Shown: positions 19,570 to 30,566 of the stretch, piece by piece
How the letters are laid out: each line of letters opens with the position of its first letter
Numbering within the stretch: position 1 is the stretch's first letter
Assembly: GCA_965223335.1 (NCBI GenBank)
Contig: OZ244991.1
Span: 800,001 to 864,000, forward strand
Direction of reading: 5' to 3'
DNA length: 64,000 nucleotides
Origin: Thermodesulfobacteriota bacterium
GTDB taxonomy: Bacteria > Desulfobacterota_D > UBA1144 > Nemesobacterales > UBA2774
Program-made: the position numbers and the translations under genes
The notes under the pieces: model-generated
What the model saw: the letters and a program-made list of their open reading frames with translations, nothing else
What the model was told of the DNA's origin: nothing
Databases searched by the model: none

Positions 19570-19974
19570 ATGGAAGAGAGAATAATTGAGGATTCGGGGT
19601 TATCATACATCACACGCAGAACATCACTTAGAGTGCCGTACAACAAAAAGGTCAGATATGGTCTGCTTAGGCAACGCGCAACTAATAACGAGACCAATAA
19701 TTATAATTTGTCCGGACACACCTTTAATCTATCCGAGCACGGTGTTGGTTTAGCGACTACCCGAGGTTTCCCACCAAGCTCAAAATTACAGGTCCACCTG
19801 TTCACTGGGAACGAGACCCTCAGACTAGAAGGAATAGTCAAGTGGGCCATGCCGTCGTTTCCGGAAAAACTTTGGAGGGTGGGTATAGAATTTACAAGCC
19901 GGACAGATAATATAAAAAACATCTATAAAGACATAAGCTTTACTCAGCAGAATCAATCCGATTCTGACCTTTAG
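19570..19974 (+). CDS. PilZ-domain protein (putative c-di-GMP receptor)
   Basis: RRTSLR (RxxxR) and NLSEHG (D/NxSxxG) motifs; VGIEF near the C-terminus. Confidence 0.8.
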   Translation: MEERIIEDSGLSYITRRTSLRVPYNKKVRYGLLRQRATNNETNNYNLSGHTFNLSEHGVGLATTRGFPPSSKLQVHLFTGNETLRLEGIVKWAMPSFPEKLWRVGIEFTSRTDNIKNIYKDISFTQQNQSDSDL

Positions 19975-19988
19975 CGCATAGTGTTTTC

Positions 19989-21701
19989 TTAACCCTGATC
20001 TAGGTATTTTATAATTTCTTCGAACCCGGTCTGTACCTGTTCTAGGTTCTTTCTAGACTCTTCTATATCCGCTAATTCGGTCTCATAAAAGTTTTTGAGT
20101 GGCAATAATGAGTCTGCAATCTGAATCTTTATACCCTCGAAATCCCTTTTCAGTTGAGAGTCTATACTGGAAGTAAGCCCCTCTGTCAGGCTGTCGACCT
20201 TGCTGTTGAACTCTTTCATAGCGTCCCGCCGCTTTTTAGGCAAGATCGCAAACGCCGTGGCCATTATTGCGATTGTGGTTAAAACTCCTGTAATATCGGC
20301 CAATAAAGACGAGAAAGCCGCTACAAACGTAGCCCCAATAGCAAGTGATCCAACCTGAATCCCAAGTACAGATGCTATTGCAGCCCTTGCAGAATCGACC
20401 AGATTGCTGCCCAAAAGGGCCGGGTCCATCTGGGTGCGTCTTTTCTCAAGCTCAGACCTCACGGTCTCTATAAGCCGAGAGCGGTCATAATTAAACCCTC
20501 TGGTGAACGAGGATTTATCGGGCCTAAGCGATTTGTTATAAAACTCGAGTGCATTCTCCAAGAGTGTATTGGCCGATCTTTCGGTCCAACGCACCATATC
20601 ATCCATATCTTTTTCCAGCTCAGCCACGGTCTGTCGCGAGACCTTGTCCTCGAACTCCTTGGCCACCTTATCCTTGCTAAGCAGCTTAAACAGGTTGCTA
20701 AGCCTAATGAGGTCATCTATGTACTCGATCCCCCTTGTCTTAAACTCGAGCATCCTGCTTCGTATCCGCTCCGTGAACTGCCGTGAGTTAACCACCACAT
20801 CGTCTTTTAGCCTCTCTAAACTCTGCTTGAAATCCTCGATCCCCTTCATATCCTCATTGATTCGTTTTACATTTTCATCCAGCGTACCCAGAGTCTCAGT
20901 GCACAGGTTTATAGCCAGTTCCGAAGTGCTTTTGATTTTCATGCGCACCCTATGCTCCTCGCTCAGCGTGCTGAATATATAGTCCTCTAGGGCCTTTATG
21001 CCGCTACGCTCATACTGAACAGTATCGGAGCTCAATCGAGCGCTCTTAGCCAGCTTGGATGATACGGGGAAAATAGTAGGATCTATACCAAACAGATTCT
21101 TTATACCCTCGCGTGTGTGTTCCGTGACTTTATCAAGCTCTTGCTGGTCCTTGGCCACATCAATTTTATTTAGTACGAACACTATGTTTTTTAACCAGTC
21201 GCTTTTAATAAACTCTATAAGCTCGGCCTCAGTACCCGTGAGTGCCCGCTCGATACCTATGATGAAAAGTACCATATCGGCCTTAGGTATGAAGTCACGC
21301 GTCAGCTTCTCGTGCTGTTCGGCTGTTACGTTTGTACCGGGAGTATCAACGATGGATAAATTCTTTAATTTCTCGTCAGGCAGCAATACATATTTGATGC
21401 CGTCTCGTGTAAATTCATCTTTTTGCTCGTCATACCGCAGCACCATGATGTTGTCTGTGGTGGGTGTTATACCCTCTTCTTGTATATCCTCACCGATCAG
21501 TACATTTATTAGCGACGACTTGCCGGTGCTAAACTCCCCGATGAATACAATTGAAAACAGACGGTCCAAATTATCGTGCATCAACTGTATGGTTTCGGCT
21601 GTCTCATCCTGAGAAAGTTTGTTTGCAACTGTAGAAAACGAACTCAGAAGCTCCTTCTGTTTCGCAATTATCAGCTGGTATCTGTCGTCAATTATCTTCA
21701 T
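19989..21701 (-). CDS. Bacterial dynamin-like GTPase (mitofusin/FZL-like)
   Basis: GEFSTGKSSLIN, TPTT, DTPG, NKID; helical stalk with a C-terminal hydrophobic hairpin. Confidence 0.88.
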   Translation of the reverse strand: MKIIDDRYQLIIAKQKELLSSFSTVANKLSQDETAETIQLMHDNLDRLFSIVFIGEFSTGKSSLINVLIGEDIQEEGITPTTDNIMVLRYDEQKDEFTRDGIKYVLLPDEKLKNLSIVDTPGTNVTAEQHEKLTRDFIPKADMVLFIIGIERALTGTEAELIEFIKSDWLKNIVFVLNKIDVAKDQQELDKVTEHTREGIKNLFGIDPTIFPVSSKLAKSARLSSDTVQYERSGIKALEDYIFSTLSEEHRVRMKIKSTSELAINLCTETLGTLDENVKRINEDMKGIEDFKQSLERLKDDVVVNSRQFTERIRSRMLEFKTRGIEYIDDLIRLSNLFKLLSKDKVAKEFEDKVSRQTVAELEKDMDDMVRWTERSANTLLENALEFYNKSLRPDKSSFTRGFNYDRSRLIETVRSELEKRRTQMDPALLGSNLVDSARAAIASVLGIQVGSLAIGATFVAAFSSLLADITGVLTTIAIMATAFAILPKKRRDAMKEFNSKVDSLTEGLTSSIDSQLKRDFEGIKIQIADSLLPLKNFYETELADIEESRKNLEQVQTGFEEIIKYLDQG

Positions 21702-21921
21702 ATCACCACTCTCTATGGAGTATAAATAATATATTCATATTATTACTTAGAAACAAACTTCACCCCACCTCACATACACACATCAATCACAAAATCCCAA
21801 TCATATAACTCAATCTCGATGCATAAAATAGAGCTATAACGCATCGTGATCGTAATAAATTACATGAGTTAACTCAAAGCTCTTGACCAAATGGCAAAAA
21901 ATTGGTTTACGGAGGCTTTGA

Positions 21922-24285
21922 ATGTATTTGAAAAATCTTTTTTTACTTATCACTGTTTTCCTTAGCGTATGTATGCCGAAATTGTATGCATCGGAGGTTT
22001 CCCCGGAGGCATACGATAGATCACTATCGCCTTACTTCGTAATAGTAGACGAGCACGCAAACACAGAGCAGTTCCCACTGCTTGCTACCGATGCCGAGGT
22101 AAACATAGCCGGTGTCATCGCCGACGTTAACATCAAGCAGACCTATAAGAATAACGGCACGGAACCGATCGAGGCCATCTATGTGTTCCCGGCCTCTACC
22201 CGCGCCGCTGTCTATGCTATGACAATGACTATAGGTGAAAGAACCATAACAGCCAAGATAGACGAGCGCGGCAAAGCCAGAGCAGGCTATGAAACAGCCA
22301 AACTTGAGGGCAAGAGCGCATCATTGCTCGAACAGCAAAGACCAAACGTGTTCCAGATGAACGTGGCCAATATCATGCCCGGCGACAAAATAGAGGTAGA
22401 TATGAGCTACACCGAACTCCTGGTCCCCACCGCAGGCATATACGAGTTCGTTTACCCCACCGTAGTAGGCCCTCGCTACTCCAACCAACCCCGGGACTCA
22501 TTGGACGACGGAGAAAACTGGGTAGAAAACCCCTACCTACACGAAGGCGAACCCACCCCCTACAAGGTCAATATCACTGCTAACCTCACGGCCGGCATGC
22601 CTATTCAAGACATCTCCTCTGCCACTCATGACGTCAATATCACATACCAAAGACCCGACCTCGCACGCATAGAGCTAAAGGACCAGGCCTCCGACAACGG
22701 CAACCGCGACTATGTACTCAAGTACAGGTTAGCCGGCGAGAAAGTGCAAACCGGCCTTCTACTCTATGAAGGGGTAGACGAAAACTTTTTTTTGCTCATG
22801 GCCGAGCCCCCAAAGAGGGTTAAAGCAAACGACATCCCACCCAGAGAATACATATTTATTGTGGATGTATCGGGCTCGATGCACGGGTTCCCTATCGAGA
22901 CTTCAAAAAAATTGTTGCGCAACCTTATCACCAACCTTAAGCCCACCGACTCGTTCAATGTAATGCTCTTTGCCAGCAGTAACGCCGTACTCTCAGAGTC
23001 TTCTCTGCCTGCCACGAGTACCAACATAACTAGTGCACTTAGATTCATTGACAAAGAACGCGGCGGGGGAGGCACCGAACTGCTCCCTGCTCTTAGACGC
23101 GCGCTCAGCTTGCCTAAAACAGAGGGTACTTCGCGTACAGTCGTCATAGCCACCGACGGCTACGTCACTGTGGAGAAAGAGGCCTTTGACCTAATCCGCC
23201 AAAACCTGCACAACGCCAATATGTTCCCGTTCGGTATAGGTTCGGGTGTAAACCGTTTTATTATCGAGGGCATGGCAAGGGCAGGATTCGGGGAGCCGTT
23301 TGTAATTTCATCACCCGCCGAGGCCGATGCGGCTGCCGAGAAGTTCAGGAACTACATTGCTACACCGGTCCTAACGAATATCGAGGTCTCGTATGACGGC
23401 TTTAATACTTACGACATCGAGCCGATCAGTGTCCCCGATGTATTCGCAGAGCGCCCGATTGTAGTGTTCGGTAAGTGGAGGGGGAAACCCAAGGGTAAGA
23501 TCGGACTATCGGGTCAAAACGGTGATAACTCATTCTCTACCGCATTTGATATCAGCGATTACAAACCGCTTAAGATTAACTCCGCTATACGTTACCTGTG
23601 GGCTAGAAACAGAATAACCACACTAGGGGATTACCAGCATGTCGGACAGTCGTCTGAACTTGAGCAAGAAATCACCGAGCTCGGTCTTAAATACAGTCTG
23701 CTTACCAGTTATACATCGTTCATTGCCATAGATAGTCTCATAAGAAACCGTGACGGCAATTCCACTACTGTTAAACAGCCTCTCCCACTGCCCAAAGGTG
23801 TTACGGACTATGCCGTTGGACGCCCGCAAAGGGCTCTTAGATCATCGGTCCCATCTTCAGTTGGTGGAATTGATTATATGCATAATAACGATCAAGCAAA
23901 ATCTATTGTAAGCGAGGAAGCGGCCAAACACAGTCTTCCATCTTCAAAGGACGGTCTCAGTTACAAAGACAAGAAAGAAGACAACGAAACACCACCGAGT
24001 GTTAAGAAGATCGGCTCAAAAACGTTCCGACTCCAAAACGGCGTGTGGATCGATTCCAACCATACGCCTGAACTGAAGGTAATTAAAATCAAACCCGGGA
24101 GCCCCGCCTACCAAAAACTCATAAAAGAGCTGCCGGAATTAAAACGGTACCTAGAGATTGGAAAATACGTCATTGTGGTGTGGGGCAACTATGCAGTTGA
24201 GTTAAGTGATGACGGCGTTAGCACACTGTCCGACTCGGATCTAAACACGCTCAAAGCCCAGAACAATACAAAACAGACCAAGTAA
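21922..24285 (+). CDS. Exported VIT + vWA domain protein
   Basis: VIT-like N-terminus (EAIYVFP, SLLEQQRPNVF), MIDAS DVSGSM, TDG, FGIG, LLTSYTSFIA; signal peptide. Confidence 0.88.
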   Translation: MYLKNLFLLITVFLSVCMPKLYASEVSPEAYDRSLSPYFVIVDEHANTEQFPLLATDAEVNIAGVIADVNIKQTYKNNGTEPIEAIYVFPASTRAAVYAMTMTIGERTITAKIDERGKARAGYETAKLEGKSASLLEQQRPNVFQMNVANIMPGDKIEVDMSYTELLVPTAGIYEFVYPTVVGPRYSNQPRDSLDDGENWVENPYLHEGEPTPYKVNITANLTAGMPIQDISSATHDVNITYQRPDLARIELKDQASDNGNRDYVLKYRLAGEKVQTGLLLYEGVDENFFLLMAEPPKRVKANDIPPREYIFIVDVSGSMHGFPIETSKKLLRNLITNLKPTDSFNVMLFASSNAVLSESSLPATSTNITSALRFIDKERGGGGTELLPALRRALSLPKTEGTSRTVVIATDGYVTVEKEAFDLIRQNLHNANMFPFGIGSGVNRFIIEGMARAGFGEPFVISSPAEADAAAEKFRNYIATPVLTNIEVSYDGFNTYDIEPISVPDVFAERPIVVFGKWRGKPKGKIGLSGQNGDNSFSTAFDISDYKPLKINSAIRYLWARNRITTLGDYQHVGQSSELEQEITELGLKYSLLTSYTSFIAIDSLIRNRDGNSTTVKQPLPLPKGVTDYAVGRPQRALRSSVPSSVGGIDYMHNNDQAKSIVSEEAAKHSLPSSKDGLSYKDKKEDNETPPSVKKIGSKTFRLQNGVWIDSNHTPELKVIKIKPGSPAYQKLIKELPELKRYLEIGKYVIVVWGNYAVELSDDGVSTLSDSDLNTLKAQNNTKQTK

Positions 24286-24306
24286 AGAGCCATTTGGTTA
24301 TCTCTC

Positions 24307-24343
24307 GTGCCCGAGTAAAGTTCCGTATGCTCTACTCGGGCAC
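24307..24343 (+). terminator. Stem-loop after the VIT-vWA gene
   Basis: gtgcccgagta / tactcgggcac 11-bp inverted repeat. Confidence 0.5.
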
Positions 24344-24414
24344 CTCCTTTATTATCATTGTAAATGCTTTTCTCTGCTGTAGACTGCATAATGTAATACT
24401 CAAAAGACGTTACT

Positions 24415-26655
24415 ATGAACGGTGCTAAGATCAAACGGGGCATATGGCAGACAACAATACTATTTTTACTTTACCTATTTATGCTCGCCGCTTTGATTTT
24501 ATCCACAACTATAATTTCCACAGCAAAAAATAAAGGGGGTAACATGTCACACCAGAACAGACTCAAAGACGAAAAGAGTCCATACTTACTCCAACACGCC
24601 GATAACCCCGTAGATTGGTACCCGTGGGGAGACGAGGCATTCGAGAAAGCCAAAAAAGAAGACAAACCCATTTTATTATCAATCGGCTATTCCACCTGCC
24701 ATTGGTGCCATGTGATGGAGCACGAGTCGTTTGAAGACCCCGAGGTGGCCAAGCTCATGAACGACACATTTATATCCATAAAAGTAGACAGAGAAGAGAG
24801 GCCAGACATCGATAACGTGTATATGACTGTGTGTCAGATGATATCCAAGGGCAACTGCGGCTGGCCGTTGAATGTGATAATGACACCTGATAAAAAGCCC
24901 TTTTTCGCAGCCACTTATATCCCCAAAGAGAGCAGGTTCGGGCGATCCGGGATGATGGACCTTGTGCCTAGGGTAGGGGAAGTCTGGCAAAAGGACAGAG
25001 CAGAGATACTCAAATCCGCAGACAGCATCACCGCCGCACTAACTAGGTCCACGGACATCACTAAAATGCAAAGCGAAGAGGAACTGGGTAAATCGACCCT
25101 AAATGTCGCCTACAACCAATTGCTCGAGAGGTACGACGAGCAAAACGGCGGGTTTGGACAAGCACCGAAATTTCCCACCCCTCATAACCACCTATTTTTA
25201 CTCCGATACTGGAGGCGGACAGGTGATAATCAGGCGCTTGGAATGGTTGAAAACACTCTAAAGAAGATGAAGAACGGGGGTATCTATGACCATATCGGAT
25301 TTGGTTTCCACCGCTACTCCACCGACCCAACATGGTTTTTACCTCACTTTGAAAAAATGTTGTATGACCAGGCCATGCTGTCTGTGGCGTATCTAGAGGC
25401 CTTTCAGATTACAGGCAATAAGGATTTTGCCCAGGCAGCCAGGGAAATCTTTACATACGTGCTGCGCGATATGACTTCTGTTAAAGGTGGTTTTTATTCA
25501 GCTGAGGATGCCGACAGTGAGGGGGAAGAGGGAAAGTTCTACACGTGGACAGAGCAAGAGATAAGAGAGGTGCTCGAAGGTGATGACGCCGAGCTCATGA
25601 TAACGGTGTTTAACGTAGAAAAAGAGGGCAACTTCAGCGACGAGGCCACAGGCCACAAATCCCCGACCAATATATTAAACCTCCGGAGCTCTACAGATGA
25701 GCTCGCAAAGTCGTTTGGTCTTACTACCGACCAATTCCTAAAGAGAATCGAGGACTGCAGAAAAAAACTGTTCAACCACCGAGAGAAACGAATTCACCCC
25801 TATAAAGACGACAAGATCCTCACGGACTGGAACGGTCTTATGATCGCTGCACTCGCCAAGGGCGGGCAGGTACTATCGGACAAAACCTACTTAAATGCCT
25901 CTAAAAAAGCAGCCGATTTTATATTAAGTACAATGCGCAAGAATGACGGTCGTCTGCTCCATCGTTATAGAGAGGGTGATGCTGCAATAGAGGGCAATCT
26001 GGACGACTACGCATTTACGGTATGGGGACTTCTTGAACTCTACGAGGCCACGTTTGACGCCAAATATTTAAGCGCAGCTATTGAATTAAACAAAACTATG
26101 ATAGACGGGTTTTGGGACGATGAACACGGAGGGTTTTATTTTACTCCCACCGACGGTGAGCAGCTTATAGTGCGTCAAAAAGAGATATATGACGGGGCAG
26201 TGCCCTCAGGGAACTCAGTTGCGATGTTAAACCTCCTTAGACTCGGCCGGATCACCGCAGACTCTTCGCTCGAGAGTAAGGCTGCCAAACTGGCCAAAGC
26301 CTTCTCACCCGGAGTAAAACAGGCCCCCATTGCCTACACTCAGCTCATGTCAGCTCTTGATTTCGCAATCGGGCCTTCATTTGAGATCATTATCGCCGGT
26401 GACCCAAACTCAGACGACACACTGTCTATGATTGAAGCACTCAGAAACGAATACATCCCAAGCAAGATCGTGCTGCTACATGATGAAACCAATGGCGACG
26501 AGATCACAAAAATCGCACCTTACACCAAAGGTCAAAAGAGCCTAGGAGGTAAGGCCACAGCCTATGTCTGCCAAAATTACGAATGCCAACTACCGACTAC
26601 GGATACAAAAAAAATGGTTGAGATTCTTCGTTCTGAGAGTGAAACTGCCAATTAG
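24415..26655 (+). CDS. Thioredoxin-domain protein, YyaL/SSP411 family (alternative start 24544)
   Basis: [46 protein letters not shown]. Confidence 0.92.
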   Translation: MNGAKIKRGIWQTTILFLLYLFMLAALILSTTIISTAKNKGGNMSHQNRLKDEKSPYLLQHADNPVDWYPWGDEAFEKAKKEDKPILLSIGYSTCHWCHVMEHESFEDPEVAKLMNDTFISIKVDREERPDIDNVYMTVCQMISKGNCGWPLNVIMTPDKKPFFAATYIPKESRFGRSGMMDLVPRVGEVWQKDRAEILKSADSITAALTRSTDITKMQSEEELGKSTLNVAYNQLLERYDEQNGGFGQAPKFPTPHNHLFLLRYWRRTGDNQALGMVENTLKKMKNGGIYDHIGFGFHRYSTDPTWFLPHFEKMLYDQAMLSVAYLEAFQITGNKDFAQAAREIFTYVLRDMTSVKGGFYSAEDADSEGEEGKFYTWTEQEIREVLEGDDAELMITVFNVEKEGNFSDEATGHKSPTNILNLRSSTDELAKSFGLTTDQFLKRIEDCRKKLFNHREKRIHPYKDDKILTDWNGLMIAALAKGGQVLSDKTYLNASKKAADFILSTMRKNDGRLLHRYREGDAAIEGNLDDYAFTVWGLLELYEATFDAKYLSAAIELNKTMIDGFWDDEHGGFYFTPTDGEQLIVRQKEIYDGAVPSGNSVAMLNLLRLGRITADSSLESKAAKLAKAFSPGVKQAPIAYTQLMSALDFAIGPSFEIIIAGDPNSDDTLSMIEALRNEYIPSKIVLLHDETNGDEITKIAPYTKGQKSLGGKATAYVCQNYECQLPTTDTKKMVEILRSESETAN

Positions 26656-26840
26656 CACATAAAAGATTTATGCCCAAGTTAAGCCCTACGATTTTTAACG
26701 TTATATTGAATTCAGCAACCGTCGCTATATAATTTGCATAGTTGTTGCATTTTATATTTTCACGATATAATTATCTTGTATCTCATTACCGTTACACGAC
26801 ATTCTAGATTGTGAGTTACTCAGATGGAGGATATGACCAG

Positions 26841-27002
26841 ATGCACAAAAGAGGACGTAAGAAATTTAAGGACCTTGTAGATATGCTTGAGGACCCGGAC
26901 AACTCCGGATATGTCGGAGGGGACTTCGAGGACGTCATGGAGCTTCTTGAGCAGGAACTAGCCGACTCTGAGGACGAAGAGGATCAAGAAGGCGTTGAAT
27001 GA
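26841..27002 (+). CDS. Small protein (53 aa), basic N-terminus and very acidic C-terminus
   Basis: GGAGG 10 nt upstream of ATG 26841; two upstream TATAAT boxes (26728, 26766); 3' end overlaps convergent mnmG by 19 nt. Confidence 0.5.
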   Translation: MHKRGRKKFKDLVDMLEDPDNSGYVGGDFEDVMELLEQELADSEDEEDQEGVE

Positions 27003-28894
27003 GAACCCAGCCCTTCTATCATCTCGCTCCGTTTTAAATAGACCATCAATACAGAAATTGCTGCGGGGGTAATACCCGAGATTCTGCGCGCCTGCCCAAT
27101 GGAATCGGGCCTTAGGTCCGAGAGTTTCTGCACAATCTCGCGCGATAGCCCTGGGATACTATCGTATGAAAAGCTCGAAGGAATTTTTAGTTCTTCGTAC
27201 TTTTTGAACTTATCGATCTGTTCCATCTGTCTCTTAATATAGCCCTCATATTTCACGTCCATTTCTATTTGTGACGCGATATCGGGACCAAGTACACCGG
27301 GTGCGTTTTCATCAATCATTCTTAACTCAGTGTACGTAATCTCCGGGCGCCTTAGTATCTCTTTTAGTGACTGCGGTTTTTTTAATGGGCTTGACCCCAT
27401 ATCCTGCAAGAGGGTATTAACCGCATTATTTGGCGATATGATTGTATCGCTTAGCCTGCTTAACTCAGACTCGATGGTGCTCTTTTTACTTAGAAAAGCG
27501 TCCAGGTCCTCTTCACTCACAAGCCCTAACTGAAAACCCTTTTCCCTTAACCTCAGATCGGCGTTATCTTCCCTTAGAACCAACCTGTACTCGGCTCGTG
27601 AGGTAAACATCCTATAGGGCTCGTCCACCCCCTTGGTAACCAGATCGTCTAATAATATCCCGATATATGCCTCGGAGCGGTCCAATACAAACGGTGCTTC
27701 GCCCCTTATCTTAAGCACAGCGTTTACCCCCGCCATAAACCCCTGGCTGGCCGCCTCTTCATAGCCTGTGGTGCCGTTTATCTGCCCTGCAAAAAACAGG
27801 CCTTCCACTAGCTTAGTCTCAAGGCTTGATTTAAGCCCCGTGGGATCCACATAATCGTATTCCACTGCATACCCCGGGCGCATGATCTCCACCTCTTCCA
27901 GCCCCTCTATGGTTCGTACCAACTCGATCTGCACATCAAGTGGTAGACTGGTCGAAATCCCGTTTGGGTAGACCTCATATGTGCTAAGTCCCTCGGGCTC
28001 AAGGAATATTTGGTGGCGCTCTTTATCGGGGAATTTCACGATTTTATCCTCAATCGAGGGGCAGTACCGTGGGCCCACACCCTTTATCTCGCCCGAGTAA
28101 AGAGGAGACTTATGCAGGTTCTCTTTTATGACCTCGTGTGTTCTCGGGTTGGTATAGGTGATATGACAGGGGAGTTGCTCGAGCTCTATCGAGGAGTTCG
28201 TGAATGAGAACGGTTTAGGGTTAGCGTCACCGGGCTGTACTTCGAGCTTCTCCCAGTTAACGGTTCTGCCGTCGAACCTGGGAGGGGTCCCGGTCTTTAA
28301 CCTTCCTACATTGAATCCGAGATCCGAGAATGAGTCCGATATCCCAAACGCTGCCGCTTCCCCCGCCCTGCCCGAGGACAGTTTGGTAAGACCTATGTGT
28401 ATGAGTCCGTTTGGGAATGTGCCGGGAGTAACTACTACTGCATCGGCCAACAAATTTTCACCCAGGTTTGTTCGTACTCCTACTACAGTCCCCCCTTCAA
28501 CCAACAAGCCCTCTACCATCCGCTGCTTAATGTCAATATTAGTCTCGTTTTCGATTGTTCGTTTAATATAGGTACGATAGGCAAGTCTATCGGCCTGCAC
28601 CCTTGTGGCCTGGACCGCAGAGCCTTTGCGAGTGTTTAACCTGCGGAACTGTATGGCTGTAGCATCGGCGGCCTTACCCATCTCGCCACCGAGTGCATCA
28701 ATCTCCTTTACCAGATGCCCCTTACCGACTCCGCCGATCGATGGATTGCACGACATAAGTCCGATCGTGTCCACATTAGCAGAGAGCAACAATGTACCGG
28801 CTCCCATCCGCGCAGCCGCAAGCGCTGCCTCAGCCCCAGCGTGCCCACCCCCTACCACTATTACCTCATGTCGCTTCTTCTGTGATGCTCCCAT
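26984..28894 (-). CDS. mnmG: tRNA uridine-5-carboxymethylaminomethyl(34) synthesis enzyme MnmG (GidA)
   Basis: [49 protein letters not shown]; start set at the ATG after GAGGT. Confidence 0.97.
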   Translation of the reverse strand: MGASQKKRHEVIVVGGGHAGAEAALAAARMGAGTLLLSANVDTIGLMSCNPSIGGVGKGHLVKEIDALGGEMGKAADATAIQFRRLNTRKGSAVQATRVQADRLAYRTYIKRTIENETNIDIKQRMVEGLLVEGGTVVGVRTNLGENLLADAVVVTPGTFPNGLIHIGLTKLSSGRAGEAAAFGISDSFSDLGFNVGRLKTGTPPRFDGRTVNWEKLEVQPGDANPKPFSFTNSSIELEQLPCHITYTNPRTHEVIKENLHKSPLYSGEIKGVGPRYCPSIEDKIVKFPDKERHQIFLEPEGLSTYEVYPNGISTSLPLDVQIELVRTIEGLEEVEIMRPGYAVEYDYVDPTGLKSSLETKLVEGLFFAGQINGTTGYEEAASQGFMAGVNAVLKIRGEAPFVLDRSEAYIGILLDDLVTKGVDEPYRMFTSRAEYRLVLREDNADLRLREKGFQLGLVSEEDLDAFLSKKSTIESELSRLSDTIISPNNAVNTLLQDMGSSPLKKPQSLKEILRRPEITYTELRMIDENAPGVLGPDIASQIEMDVKYEGYIKRQMEQIDKFKKYEELKIPSSFSYDSIPGLSREIVQKLSDLRPDSIGQARRISGITPAAISVLMVYLKRSEMIEGLGSHSTPS

Positions 28895-29027
28895 AAATAA
28901 CCTCACTCTAAATTGAATGGAAATTCTAAACTCTATGTATATATAGGTCAAATCTATAGGTTATTATTTAATGGTAGTTTATACCATTGATGGTAAACTG
29001 TTTCTTCAACAAAACCGGGAGAAATAT

Positions 29028-29351
29028 ATGAGACCTATACACGAGATATTTGAAAAGATGCATGCCGCGATAATCGAAAGGCAAAACGACTTTTCAGAGC
29101 TAAACGCTATTTACAAGTTTATACTTGACGGACCTAAAGGCGGCACTTGGATAGTAGACCTTAGAACTGATTCAATCGGAGTTAGAGAGAGCGAAGAAGA
29201 AGCCCAGTGTACGATTAAATCTACCGACAACCACTTTCTAAACCTAGTTAACGGTAAGCTCGGCCCCGAACGCGCCTTACTCACAGGCAAGATTAAGATA
29301 CAGGGCGATATAGGGCTCGCCATGCAATTGGGCAATCTGTTTAAACTATAA
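29028..29351 (+). CDS. SCP2 sterol/lipid-binding domain protein
   Basis: GGTWIVD...ALLTGKIKIQGDIGLAMQL signature. Confidence 0.85.
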   Translation: MRPIHEIFEKMHAAIIERQNDFSELNAIYKFILDGPKGGTWIVDLRTDSIGVRESEEEAQCTIKSTDNHFLNLVNGKLGPERALLTGKIKIQGDIGLAMQLGNLFKL

Positions 29352-29370
29352 GCAAGACCTACCACCTAAT

Positions 29371-30429
29371 ATGCGGGACCTACCCACAACTATATATATA
29401 GAGAACAATATCAGATCACACCCGTTTACAAACCGTATCTTATCTAAACTACCAAATGTACCCACCATATATGTAGACGATTATAAGAAAATAGGTGAAC
29501 TAAAGTATTTCAAAGAGCGCGCAGACCAAGACAAAAACGCCCTTGCAATCGCAGAGAAAAAAGGCGAACTGGTAAAGAGTATAGGGCGCATGGAACAAGA
29601 TCAGTTCTATCTATTTCACGAAATAGACTGTAAATACGACTGCGAATACTGCTATTTACAGTACTACTTCCAGACCAAGGTCCCCGTAGTTTTCGTGAAT
29701 CGTGATCAGGTATTATTACGCATTGAAGAGATCCTGCAGACCACACAAAACCCCTACTTCCATGTGGGCGAGGTCTGCGATGCACTCGCCCTTGACGAGT
29801 TGACAGGCTTCTCACTGGATATTGCAGAGCTGTTTAAACGCTACCCAAACGGCACAGTTGAGTTTAGGACCAAGAGCGCTAATATCAAAAACCTGCTCTC
29901 AATCCCGCACCCACCGGCTAATGTGATCCCATCTTGGACGCTCAATCCACAAAGGGTAATAGAGGGCATTGAGCACAAGACTCCCTCGCTTACCGAGAGG
30001 ATTGGTGCAGCTGCCAAGTGTCAAGAGGCGGGGTATACGGTTGGGGTCAGACTAGACCCAATTATTATGATCGAATGCTGGGAGAAGGATTACGAAGAGA
30101 TGGTTACACAGATATTTAGCAGCCTTGATTTAAGAAAGATCGACCACATCACATTGGGGACCCTAAAACTCCACAAACTGCTTATTGACGCCATGAGAAA
30201 ACGCTACCCGCAGAGTCTGGTACTTAGCGGTGAACTCTTTCCCTCGGCCGACGGCAAATCGCGCTACCTCAAATTCCAAAGAGCAGAGATGTATCGAAAG
30301 ATAATTAAATGGATTAGGGAATTTGATCGGGATATTGAGATACAATTTTCACTCGAGTCCGATGAAATACACTCTCAATTGGATGGCGCTACCAAGCAGT
30401 ATAACAGACCTGAAAGTGCTCACATCTAA
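29371..30429 (+). CDS. Radical SAM protein, spore photoproduct lyase (SplB-like) family
   Basis: CKYDCEYCYLQ, EFRTKS, SWTLNP, IEHKTPSLTERI, DGKSRY. Confidence 0.85.
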   Translation: MRDLPTTIYIENNIRSHPFTNRILSKLPNVPTIYVDDYKKIGELKYFKERADQDKNALAIAEKKGELVKSIGRMEQDQFYLFHEIDCKYDCEYCYLQYYFQTKVPVVFVNRDQVLLRIEEILQTTQNPYFHVGEVCDALALDELTGFSLDIAELFKRYPNGTVEFRTKSANIKNLLSIPHPPANVIPSWTLNPQRVIEGIEHKTPSLTERIGAAAKCQEAGYTVGVRLDPIIMIECWEKDYEEMVTQIFSSLDLRKIDHITLGTLKLHKLLIDAMRKRYPQSLVLSGELFPSADGKSRYLKFQRAEMYRKIIKWIREFDRDIEIQFSLESDEIHSQLDGATKQYNRPESAHI

Positions 30430-30566
30430 ATAATTAGTTCCCCAAGATTCGCAATTAAGTAAGTCTGGCTAATTAACATCGTAGCTCACACGCAGCTATC
30501 CCGTGTCCAAATACTTTCGGATTAGAGTAGCTCATTTAGCCATTGATGAGTGTGATCAGGTAAGGG

